Origin: an uncultured Verrucomicrobiae bacterium
GTDB taxonomy: Bacteria > Verrucomicrobiota > Verrucomicrobiia > Chthoniobacterales > JAFAMB01
Reading direction: 5' to 3'
Length of the DNA: 64,000 nt
NCBI GenBank assembly: GCA_963762565.1
Contig: CAVXLD010000009.1
Span: 96,001-160,000 of the forward strand
Shown here: positions 19,958 to 28,064 of the stretch, one piece after another
Layout of the letters: every line of letters begins with the position of its first letter
Position numbering within the stretch: the first letter of the stretch is position 1
Made by a program: the position numbers and the translations under genes
Notes under the pieces: generated by a model
Databases searched by the model: none
Told to the model about the DNA's origin: nothing
What the model saw: only the letters and a program-made list of their open reading frames with translations

Positions 19958-22137
19958 GCGACGCCATCCTGCCGTCCGACGGGGCGCTCCCCGCTCGCGT
20001 GATGACGCCGACGCTGCTGCAGATGGAGGCCGTGGAATGCGGGGCGGCGGCGTTGGGCATCATCATGCGGTATTACGATCTGTGGCGCCCGCTGGAGCAG
20101 CTCCGAATGGAATGCGGTGTGACCCGCGACGGCAGCAAAGCGAGTAATTTGTTGAAGGCGGCGCGACGTTTCGGGATGGAGGCGAACGGAATCCGTTGCG
20201 AGCTGAACGCCCTGCTAAAAACCGAACCACCGGTGATTCTCTATTGGAATTTCAATCACTTCCTGGTGTACGAGGGCGTTAGCCAAGGAAAAGTTCATTT
20301 GAACGACCCGGCTACCGGTCCTCGTCGAATTAGCATCGAAGAGCTAGAGGCCTCTTTCACCGGGGTAGTGCTGAAGATCAGCCGCGGTCCGGCCTTCGTA
20401 CCGGGCGGGGAAAAACCTAGCCTGTTAACTGCCTTGCGCCGGCGCATTTCGGGGTTCGAAATCGGTTTGAGTTTTGCGTTTTTAACCGGCTTGCTACTGA
20501 TCATTCCGAATATCGTGAACCCATCATTCACCCGGGTGTTCATCGACCAGTACCTGATCGGAGACAAGACGAGCATTCTCCGCCCATTGGTCGCCTGCAT
20601 GGCGGTCTCAATTGGCTTCATGATTTTGCTGCTTTGGTTGCAGCGCCATTTTCTATTGCGGTTGGAGACTAAGCTCGCCCTCACAACTTCCGCTAAGTTC
20701 TTTACCCATGTGGTCAAGCTGCCCATGGAATTCTATTCGCAGCGCTATGCGGGAGAAATCGGATCACGGGTGCTCATCAACGATAAGGTTGCCAAGGTTC
20801 TCTCCGATAAGCTGGTCACGACCGGGCTCGACCTGATGGCCTTGTTGTTCTTTGCCCTCGTCATGATCCAATATGATTTTTGGCTGACGTTGATCTGCGT
20901 CACCTTTGCCTTCCTCAATTTGATTGCGATCAAGGCCGTTCAACGGCCCCGGACCGATGCAAGCTTCCGGCTGCAGCAAGAACGCGGAAAGATGACCGGG
21001 ACTTCGATGAATGGCGTGCAAATGATTGAGACGCTGAAAGCGACCGGCGGTGAAGACGAGTTTTTTGGGCGGTGGTCAGGTTATCAGGCAAAGACTATCC
21101 GAGCGGAACAGGACATGGATTTATACGGTCAAACCTTGTCTGCCGTGCCTCCGCTGACCAAAGGGTTAATCACGGCCACGATCCTCGGGTTTGGTGGCTG
21201 GAGAGTCATGGATGGTCATTTAACCGTGGGTTTGTTAGTCGCCTTCCAATCATTGATGGATGGGTTCACTAAACCGATTACCTCCTTCGTGACATTCGGT
21301 AATGCGCTCCAGGAGACCGGCTCCGACTTGAACCGGCTCGACGACGTCTTGCGTTATGAAACCGATCCTATTTACGCCAGCGATCGCACGGTCAGCCCTG
21401 AGTTCAAGGCCACCATCAAATTGACCGGACTGCTCGAGGTCCGCAATCTGACCTTTGGGTTTAACCCATTAGGCGCCCCGTTAATTGAGAACCTCAGCTT
21501 CAGGGTCCGGCCGGGTGAGCGGGTCGCTTTGGTGGGCGGTAGCGGCAGCGGTAAATCGACCGTTTCCAAACTGGTAGCCGGCCTTTTCAAACCATGGAGC
21601 GGCGAGATCCTGTTCGACGGGGTTCCGCGAACGCAGATCCCTCGGCGTTTGCTGCACAATTCGATCGGTATGGTTGATCAGGATATCTTCATGTTCGAAG
21701 GCACGATTCGCGACAATCTGACCATGTGGAATCCGACAGTCCTCGACTCTCATATCACTCTAGCGTGTAAGGATTCTGCCATAGCGGAGGACGTAGCCAG
21801 CAGGCAAGGAGGTCTTTCCAGCACCGTTGCAGAAGGCGGGGTCAACTTTTCTGGTGGCCAGCGCCAAAGGCTCGAAATCGCTCGAGCCCTGGTGAATTCG
21901 CCAAGTTTTTTGATTCTGGACGAGGCCACTAGCGCGCTAGATCCAACCACTGAGGAAGTGATTGATCGCAACCTGCGTCGACGCGGCTGTTCCTGTTTAA
22001 TCGTAGCACACCGCCTAAGTACGATCCGTGACTGCGATGAGATCATCGTCCTCGAATATGGAAGAGTGGTAGAACGAGGGACGCACGAATCGATGAAAAA
22101 CGCAGGTGGCCCATATTCGAGGTTAATCAGTCATTAG
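19954..22137 (+). CDS. NHLP-type peptidase-containing ABC transporter (C39 + TMD + NBD; LanT-like)
   Basis: TPTLLQMEAVECGAA (catalytic Cys), WNFNHF, NDPA; Walker A GGSGSGKS; FSGGQRQR; ATGA overlap with hlyD. Confidence 0.95.
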   Translation: MSDAILPSDGALPARVMTPTLLQMEAVECGAAALGIIMRYYDLWRPLEQLRMECGVTRDGSKASNLLKAARRFGMEANGIRCELNALLKTEPPVILYWNFNHFLVYEGVSQGKVHLNDPATGPRRISIEELEASFTGVVLKISRGPAFVPGGEKPSLLTALRRRISGFEIGLSFAFLTGLLLIIPNIVNPSFTRVFIDQYLIGDKTSILRPLVACMAVSIGFMILLLWLQRHFLLRLETKLALTTSAKFFTHVVKLPMEFYSQRYAGEIGSRVLINDKVAKVLSDKLVTTGLDLMALLFFALVMIQYDFWLTLICVTFAFLNLIAIKAVQRPRTDASFRLQQERGKMTGTSMNGVQMIETLKATGGEDEFFGRWSGYQAKTIRAEQDMDLYGQTLSAVPPLTKGLITATILGFGGWRVMDGHLTVGLLVAFQSLMDGFTKPITSFVTFGNALQETGSDLNRLDDVLRYETDPIYASDRTVSPEFKATIKLTGLLEVRNLTFGFNPLGAPLIENLSFRVRPGERVALVGGSGSGKSTVSKLVAGLFKPWSGEILFDGVPRTQIPRRLLHNSIGMVDQDIFMFEGTIRDNLTMWNPTVLDSHITLACKDSAIAEDVASRQGGLSSTVAEGGVNFSGGQRQRLEIARALVNSPSFLILDEATSALDPTTEEVIDRNLRRRGCSCLIVAHRLSTIRDCDEIIVLEYGRVVERGTHESMKNAGGPYSRLISH

Positions 22138-22224
22138 CCTGCGCCGTCTTTGAAAGCGCAGGCTTTCAAAGACGGCGCAGGCTATGGGCAGTTAGACCGG
22201 CGCTACCGCGCCGGTCTAACTGCC
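22135..22224. repeat. Two adjacent perfect hairpins (23-bp and 17-bp stems) between the ABC genes
   Basis: tagcctgcgccgtctttgaaagc-gcag-gctttcaaagacggcgcaggcta and ggcagttagaccggcgc-tacc-gcgccggtctaactgcc. Confidence 0.85.
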
Positions 22225-22343
22225 TGTGCGAAGAACTATGTGTGAGAAACTACCAACAAATTTTGGGAGTGCAGGAGAATGGTCCGGCGTAGCCGGGGCA
22301 TTCTCCTGCCATAGCCTGGATCGCTAGTAGATCCAGGCTTCTT

Positions 22344-25292
22344 ATGGCAGTCGTTGCCTCAGCTATCAGCAATGCACTCGTAGCAGCGGGACAGCTACAC
22401 CTTCTTCGTTTGAACGAAACCTTCGTGATCGAAGGGTCGGAGAACGTTTGGTTTATTGAGAGCGGCAAAGTGGACCTTTTCACGGTCCAGCTTCAGGGAA
22501 ACGATGCGACCGGACCGAGAACTCATTTCCTTTCCTTGGAAGCCGGGTCGCTGATCTTTGGGATGGATTTTGAAAGGCAGGAGCACGGATACTGCTTTCT
22601 TCTGACCGGTCAGGAAGGGACCCATCTAATCGAACTTGATCGGGAGAAAGTGAGGCGATTGGCTCGGGACCATGAATTTGCTGCGAGCATCGGCCAACTT
22701 ACCGATCAGTGGCTGGCTCATCTCTCCGCTAGCGTCACGCGAGATGTACGGCCACTTCCGAAAGCCGATGAGCTCTTGGTCGGAGGCAAGGAAATCTTGC
22801 TGCCGCGGGAGAAAATCGCGCGGGCCCGACGTGGCATCGTTTGGGTCCAGGTAATGCGAGGAGAAGCGTTGTATCTCGGAATGGAGGCCGTTTCCCGAAC
22901 GGGCGAAGGCGTGCCGGTCTTGCCTTTGTCGCCGGATACTTGGATCGAATCCTACGACGACAATCTCCTCTCCTGCTTTTCAACACCCACCGCGATCACT
23001 CAGGCCACATTTTGGATGGGCTTGGGTCTCTTCCATGAGGTGTTGTGCCAGTGTGAATTCATTAATAAGAAGCTCAGGATTGTCGATGATTTTAACCGGC
23101 TTCGCGCGCGGGAAGCATCGGGCTTGCGGTCGCGGGACACCGCCTTGCGCGAAATTGCTTCAGTATTGGAACCCCTCGCAGAAGGCCGTGACGGAGCTCT
23201 CCTCGATGCCTCGGCTAACCCGATACTGGCGGCTTGCCGGATAGTTGGTGAAGCCTGCGGAATCCCGGTTAAAGTCCCGCCTGACCTTCATCTGGTCGCC
23301 GACAAACTCGGAGCCATCGCTAAAGCATCGCGATTTCGCTACCGCGCGGTAGCGCTCCGAGGCGATTGGTGGGAGGTCGACCATGGCTCGCTTTTGGCCT
23401 ATCGCGAAGGAACTCGTGACCCGGTTGCGATCGTTAAGACCGGCCCCAAGAGCTACGAACTCGCAGACCCACGAACGCCGAACCGGATCCCAATAACTCC
23501 GGCGGTAGCAGCCACATTGGCACCCTTCGGTGTTTCATTTTATGCCCCCTTACCAGAGACCAAGTTAGGCGCTTGGGACCTGATTAAATTTGGATTGAGA
23601 GATTCTAAATCAGACCTTCGCACCATCCTTCTGATGGGGGTTTTGGTCGGATTATTAGGCATGGTAACGCCTTACTTCAGCGGTCAGATCTTCGATTCGA
23701 TTATCCCGTCCGCTGATCGCAGCCAGTTAACCCAGTTTGCGATCGGGTTATTTGCGGCAGCCCTGGCCACATTCGCTTTCGAGCTGACTCGTTCGATCGC
23801 CGTGCTCCGGCTCACCGGTAAGATGGACTACTCAGTTCAAGCCGGAGTCTGGGATCGCCTCCTGAACTTGCCGTCCACCTTCTTTCGAGAGTACACGGCC
23901 GGCGACCTCACCGACCGCGCGCTGGGCGTCGAACAGATTCGACAAGCGATCTCTCAATCCGGTACGCAGGCGATCGTCGGGGCAATCAGCGCTGTGATTA
24001 CGGGGATCTTTCTTTTCTCCTACAACCTCCAGATGGCGGCCATCGCTATCGCTCTGGTGGCGGTAGGAGTCCTGCTCCCCTGCTCTATCAATTTTCTGCA
24101 GTTACGCAATCAGCAACGCATGTTCAGAATGCGCGGGTTGATCACGGGCCTCGTTCTCCAGCTGATCAGCGGCGTCGCAAAGATCCGAGTTTCCGGAGCA
24201 GAAGACTCCGCATTCCGTGAATGGACTCGCAGATTTTCGGCTCAGAAGCGACTCGCCTTTCGGGTCGGATTCCTCGCCAACATTATCCAGGTCTTCAGCC
24301 GAGTATTTCCCGTCATTGCGACGGCGATCATTTTCTTCGCCTACGGCTGGCTACGAGACCAAGCCGCTGCGAACCATGATAAGTTCGGCATGACGACGGG
24401 CCAGTTCGTTGCCTTCAACGGCGTCTTCATGAATGTCCTCTCAAGCATGTTGGCGCTGAGCGGGGTTGTTCTCGATCTGCTGATCATCTTTCCGTTGTTT
24501 CAACGGCTACGGCCGATCATCCAAAGTGAACCTGAGATCGATGAAGCTAAAGCTCATCCTGGAGAATTGAGCGGTGAAGTGGAGGTTTATCATCTCTCAT
24601 TTCGCTACACCGAGGATGGGCCATTGATTCTGAAGGATGTCTCTCTCTTAATCCGACCAGGGGAATTCGTTGCGCTAGTAGGCGGCTCCGGATCTGGAAA
24701 ATCCACCCTGCTCCGTCTGCTCCTTGGCTTTGAGAAACCGGAGTCCGGAGCGATTCTTTACGATAGCCAGGAGCTCTCTTCTTTGGACCTGCGGGCGGTC
24801 CGGCGGCAAATCGGAGTCGTCCTGCAATCAAGCAAGCTGATGCCAACAGACATCTATCGGAACATCATCGGGTCGCATACAACTCTTACACTAAACGACG
24901 CTTGGGAGGCCGCCAGAATGGCTGGCCTCGATCGAGATATCAAAAATATGCCCATGGGCATGAACACCGTCGTATCCGAAGGTGGCGGCACGTTTTCGGG
25001 CGGTCAGCGGCAACGTCTTATGGTGGCGCGAGCGCTGGTGAATCGGCCTAGAATTGTTTTTTTTGACGAGGCAACCAGCGCGATGGATAACGAAACGCAA
25101 CGTACGGTCACTGAAAGCCTGGACGCCATGCAAGCAACTCGGATCGTTATCGCCCATCGATTGAGCACCATTATTAATGCGGACCGAATTTTCGTCCTGA
25201 AATATGGCGAGCTGGTTCAGACCGGTGCCTACACGGAATTGATGAATCAACCGGGGCCATTTGCCGATCTTGCCAAACGACAGCTGGCTTAA
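22344..25292 (+). CDS. NHLM bacteriocin-system ABC transporter, second (non-proteolytic) subunit
   Basis: N-terminal cNMP-binding-like region (WFIESGKVDLF), degenerate C39-like region (LRGDWWEVDHG), TMD, NBD with GGSGSGKST and FSGGQRQR. Confidence 0.92.
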   Translation: MAVVASAISNALVAAGQLHLLRLNETFVIEGSENVWFIESGKVDLFTVQLQGNDATGPRTHFLSLEAGSLIFGMDFERQEHGYCFLLTGQEGTHLIELDREKVRRLARDHEFAASIGQLTDQWLAHLSASVTRDVRPLPKADELLVGGKEILLPREKIARARRGIVWVQVMRGEALYLGMEAVSRTGEGVPVLPLSPDTWIESYDDNLLSCFSTPTAITQATFWMGLGLFHEVLCQCEFINKKLRIVDDFNRLRAREASGLRSRDTALREIASVLEPLAEGRDGALLDASANPILAACRIVGEACGIPVKVPPDLHLVADKLGAIAKASRFRYRAVALRGDWWEVDHGSLLAYREGTRDPVAIVKTGPKSYELADPRTPNRIPITPAVAATLAPFGVSFYAPLPETKLGAWDLIKFGLRDSKSDLRTILLMGVLVGLLGMVTPYFSGQIFDSIIPSADRSQLTQFAIGLFAAALATFAFELTRSIAVLRLTGKMDYSVQAGVWDRLLNLPSTFFREYTAGDLTDRALGVEQIRQAISQSGTQAIVGAISAVITGIFLFSYNLQMAAIAIALVAVGVLLPCSINFLQLRNQQRMFRMRGLITGLVLQLISGVAKIRVSGAEDSAFREWTRRFSAQKRLAFRVGFLANIIQVFSRVFPVIATAIIFFAYGWLRDQAAANHDKFGMTTGQFVAFNGVFMNVLSSMLALSGVVLDLLIIFPLFQRLRPIIQSEPEIDEAKAHPGELSGEVEVYHLSFRYTEDGPLILKDVSLLIRPGEFVALVGGSGSGKSTLLRLLLGFEKPESGAILYDSQELSSLDLRAVRRQIGVVLQSSKLMPTDIYRNIIGSHTTLTLNDAWEAARMAGLDRDIKNMPMGMNTVVSEGGGTFSGGQRQRLMVARALVNRPRIVFFDEATSAMDNETQRTVTESLDAMQATRIVIAHRLSTIINADRIFVLKYGELVQTGAYTELMNQPGPFADLAKRQLA

Positions 25293-25348
25293 AGTAGCGA
25301 AACTGGTAGCCAGCCATACCTCTACGGACCTAACGCGCGGCTCACCCT

Positions 25349-26497
25349 ATGAAGAGCGATAGCACGGCCAATGTAGTTCCGTTTCCAAACGCTACGGTCG
25401 ATCAGAAAATTGACGCCAACATGACGGAAATCGCCCTAGACATTCGGGCGAAGGCGCTGGAGAAATGGGGAGCAAATCAAGCCGTCGAAGTCGTGGGTTT
25501 CAGCCAGAAAATTAGGGACACGCTCGATAAGGTTCAGAAGTTCGCCAAGTTCAATCAAACGATCCTGATCACCGGTGAAAGCGGCGTTGGGAAGGAACTC
25601 TTTGCTAAAGCTTGCTATCTGCTCAGCGCTCGAATCAAGGCGCCTTTTGTCATCGTCAACTGCCCGCAATACAGCGAAGGTAATGTAACCGTCAGTGAGC
25701 TTTTTGGTCATGTGAAGGGCAGCTTCACCGGCGCGATTGCCGATCATAAGGGCCTGTTCGATGCTGCCGAAGGCGGCGCCGTTTTTCTCGATGAAGTCGG
25801 AGACCTTCCTCTCAATGCACAGACCATGCTGCTGCGAGCGCTCGCTGAAAAAGAAGTAAAGCCTTTGGGGTCGAACAAAACCTATTCCGTCGATGTCAGG
25901 ATCATTGCCGCTACCAATCGCCCACTACGGGATATGGCGGCGTGCGGTCAGTTCCGGCAAGACCTCTACTTTCGTCTCCGCTATTTTCCACTTGAAATCC
26001 CGGCGCTGCGCGATCGAGAGGAGGACTGGAAGGTCTTGATCAGTCATTTTGTCGATCGGCTAAACCAGGAATATAACCTGAAGAAAGCGTTCTCCCCTAT
26101 CTCCATCAAGTTCTTGGAGCGTTACCCCTGGCCGGGCAACGTCAGGGAGCTGAAAAGCATCGTCACCATTGGGTTCTCCATGGCCGACTCGAAGTACATC
26201 GAACCAGACCACTTTGTTAGCGACCTGCGACAGGCGAATTTGCCCGGTCCCGACACCGGTAAGAGCGAGTTATTCGAACATATGGTTGAGGACGGCGGAT
26301 CGTTTTGGGATGTCGTTCATCAGCCTTTTCTCAACCGAGATCTTAATCGAGCGCAGGCACGAGAGATTATTTCGCAGGGGCTATTGACCGCTAGAGGCAG
26401 CTACCGGCGGATGAGCGTTCTCTTCAATATTAAGCCGGATCAATATCAAAAATTCATGGACTTCCTCCGCCATCATCGGTTGAAGCCGGAGGAATAG
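25349..26497 (+). CDS. Sigma54 enhancer-binding protein lacking an N-terminal sensory domain
   Basis: GESGVGKE, ELFGHVKGSFTGA, FLDEVGD, WPGNVREL; only ~45 aa precede the AAA+ domain. Confidence 0.9.
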   Translation: MKSDSTANVVPFPNATVDQKIDANMTEIALDIRAKALEKWGANQAVEVVGFSQKIRDTLDKVQKFAKFNQTILITGESGVGKELFAKACYLLSARIKAPFVIVNCPQYSEGNVTVSELFGHVKGSFTGAIADHKGLFDAAEGGAVFLDEVGDLPLNAQTMLLRALAEKEVKPLGSNKTYSVDVRIIAATNRPLRDMAACGQFRQDLYFRLRYFPLEIPALRDREEDWKVLISHFVDRLNQEYNLKKAFSPISIKFLERYPWPGNVRELKSIVTIGFSMADSKYIEPDHFVSDLRQANLPGPDTGKSELFEHMVEDGGSFWDVVHQPFLNRDLNRAQAREIISQGLLTARGSYRRMSVLFNIKPDQYQKFMDFLRHHRLKPEE

Positions 26498-26700
26498 GCG
26501 TTTGGCGTTTGGCGTTCGGCGTTCGGCGTTCGGCGGGTTCGGGCGGGTGGCCCGGGAGGGATCCGCGTCCCCGCGATCCGTGGTTATCGAAGCCGAGGAC
26601 ATGCTGTAATCGCGGAACAAGAATATACCTCTAGGTGACGGCACGTCTTTCGCGGCGCGCAGGACGCGCGCCCTCCCTAACCGCCAACCGCCAAACGCGC
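26497..26700. repeat. Composite palindromic element bounded by heptamer arrays
   Basis: (ggcgttY)x5 on the left, aaccgccaaccgccaaacgc on the right, inner IR gggagg..gcgtcc / ggacgcgcgccctccc. Confidence 0.7.
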
Positions 26701-26749
26701 AAAATGGAGCCCCCGTTCCATTTTCGAGAATCGACGTTCCATTTTCGAG
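26701..26749 (+). promoter_or_regulatory. Candidate upstream activator sequence for the sigma54 promoter
   Basis: Exact 15-bp direct repeat cgttccattttcgag at 26714 and 26735 (21-bp period) plus an inverted half aaaatgga at 26701. Confidence 0.6.
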
Positions 26750-26829
26750 CCGGTTGCACACCGGCACAAAAACAGAGCATTTGACATAAATATCTTATAA
26801 TGAAAGACTTAAACCTCTATCCCCGATTG

Positions 26830-26845
26830 TGGCACGGCTGCTGCT
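26830..26845 (+). promoter_or_regulatory. Sigma54 -24/-12 promoter of the precursor operon
   Basis: TGGCACGGCTGCTGCT matches TGGCAC-N5-(T/C)TGC(A/T); 55 nt upstream of the NHLP ATG, which has a GAGGAG RBS. Confidence 0.8.
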
Positions 26846-26900
26846 TAATGGATTTGCAGACATGCCGGTGGCTGTCGAACTCCAGTAGAGGAGATTTGTA

Positions 26901-27215
26901 ATGGACCCCAACTCAACCGTCTCGCGTAAAGATATAAGGGAAGCCCTAGTGCGGGCGGCTTTGAAAGACGAGGCGTTTCGGGAGTCTCTTTTGGCGAACC
27001 CAAAGTTCGCAGTTGAGAGAGCGTTGGGTAGAACCTTACCGGATCGCCTACAAGTCGTTCTTTTACGAGAGACAGACAACCTCATGTATATCGTGTTGCC
27101 GAAGGATTTTCCTGATGACGCAGCACATCTCACGGATGCGGAACTCGAAAACGTGGCCGGAGGCTTCCTTAGCGCAGACAACAATATGCTGTCTCCTCAG
27201 GATCCGGCGTTCTGA
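26901..27215 (+). CDS. NHLP (nitrile hydratase-like leader) RiPP precursor-like peptide; tail FLSADNNMLSPQDPAF has no Cys
   Basis: ALKDEAFRESLLANPK...LPDRLQVVLLRETDNLMYIVLP...LTDAELENVAGG is the canonical NHLP leader with a double-Gly site. Confidence 0.92.
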   Translation: MDPNSTVSRKDIREALVRAALKDEAFRESLLANPKFAVERALGRTLPDRLQVVLLRETDNLMYIVLPKDFPDDAAHLTDAELENVAGGFLSADNNMLSPQDPAF

Positions 27216-27269
27216 GAATTCCAGTCCGATTAACACCAACGCAAACCAGAAAAATAAAAAACCACTACC

Positions 27270-27392
27270 ATGAGCGAAGAAATCCAGAAACCCGAGACGG
27301 TCAGCGACGAACAACTTGAAGATGTTGCCGGCGGTACGTTCGACAATAACTCCTGCAACGCCCTGATCGAGGCCACCGTTATCGTTGGGTAA
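27270..27392 (+). CDS. Lanthipeptide precursor copy 1: MSEEIQKPETVSDEQLEDVAGG-TFDNNSCNALIEATVIVG
   Basis: Translated by hand; double-Gly leader with V-12/L-7/V-4; core has Thr, Ser and Cys; lies upstream of lanM. Confidence 0.9.
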   Translation: MSEEIQKPETVSDEQLEDVAGGTFDNNSCNALIEATVIVG

Positions 27393-27471
27393 GACATTCG
27401 TCTTCCTTCCGATACCGGTTCAGATCAACTGCACACCCAACCCAACCCAAACCCACCAACTAGACCACCAT

Positions 27472-27594
27472 ATGAGCGAAGAGATCCAGAAGCCTGAGAC
27501 TGTTAGCGACGAGCAACTCGAAGATGTTGCCGGCGGCACGTTCGACAATAACTCCTGCAACGCCCTGATCGAAGCCACCGTCATCGTTGGGTAA
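27472..27594 (+). CDS. Lanthipeptide precursor copy 2 (identical protein)
   Basis: ATG 27472 to TAA 27594; only synonymous differences from copy 1. Confidence 0.9.
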   Translation: MSEEIQKPETVSDEQLEDVAGGTFDNNSCNALIEATVIVG

Positions 27595-27674
27595 GACATT
27601 CGTCTTCCTTCCGATACCGGTTCAGATCAACTGCACACCCAACCCAACCCAAAAACCACCAACTAGACCACCAT

Positions 27675-27797
27675 ATGAGCGAAGAGATCCAGAAGCCTGA
27701 GACTGTTAGCGACGAGCAACTCGAAGATGTTGCCGGCGGTACGTTCGACAATAACTCCTGCAACGCCCTGATCGAAGCCACCGTCATCGTTGGGTAA
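27675..27797 (+). CDS. Lanthipeptide precursor copy 3 (identical protein)
   Basis: ATG 27675 to TAA 27797; near-identical DNA to copy 2. Confidence 0.9.
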   Translation: MSEEIQKPETVSDEQLEDVAGGTFDNNSCNALIEATVIVG

Positions 27798-27874
27798 GAC
27801 ATTCGTCTTCCTTCCGATACCGGTTTAGATCAGCTGCACTGCCAACCCAACCAACCCACCAACCAAATCATAAT

Positions 27875-27997
27875 ATGAGCGAAGAGATCCAGAAGCCTGA
27901 AAACGTTAGCGATGAGCAACTCGAAGATGTTGCTGGCGGCACGTTCGATAACAACTCGTGCAACGCCCTGATTGAGGCCACTGTCATCGTTGGATAA
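27875..27997 (+). CDS. Lanthipeptide precursor copy 4 (T10N in the leader, identical core)
   Basis: ATG 27875 to TAA 27997; 7 synonymous and 0 non-synonymous core differences from copy 1. Confidence 0.9.
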   Translation: MSEEIQKPENVSDEQLEDVAGGTFDNNSCNALIEATVIVG

Positions 27998-28021
27998 CAC
28001 GATAGGCCAGAATTAAGTAAT

Positions 28022-28058
28022 GCCGCCGCCGGATTTCTTCGGCGGCGGCTTTATATTT
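28022..28058 (+). terminator. Rho-independent terminator-like hairpin between the precursors and lanM
   Basis: gccgccgccg-gatttctt-cggcggcggc followed by tttatattt. Confidence 0.75.
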
Positions 28059-28064
28059 GCTGCT

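Noticed and set aside
26781..26801. TTGACA...TATAAT perfect sigma70 hexamers
   Set aside because: The spacer is only 9 nt (about 17 is needed); better explained as the AT-rich/IHF-like tract of the sigma54 promoter.
27385..27471. N-terminal extension of the 69-aa ORF-track call
   Set aside because: It starts at a TTG inside precursor copy 1 and crosses the spacer; the homologous ATG is at 27472.
27270..27997. Regular ~200-bp repeat array as a possible CRISPR or non-coding repeat
   Set aside because: Units are 123-bp ORFs with synonymous-biased variation and conserved spacers; there are no unique spacers and no cas genes.
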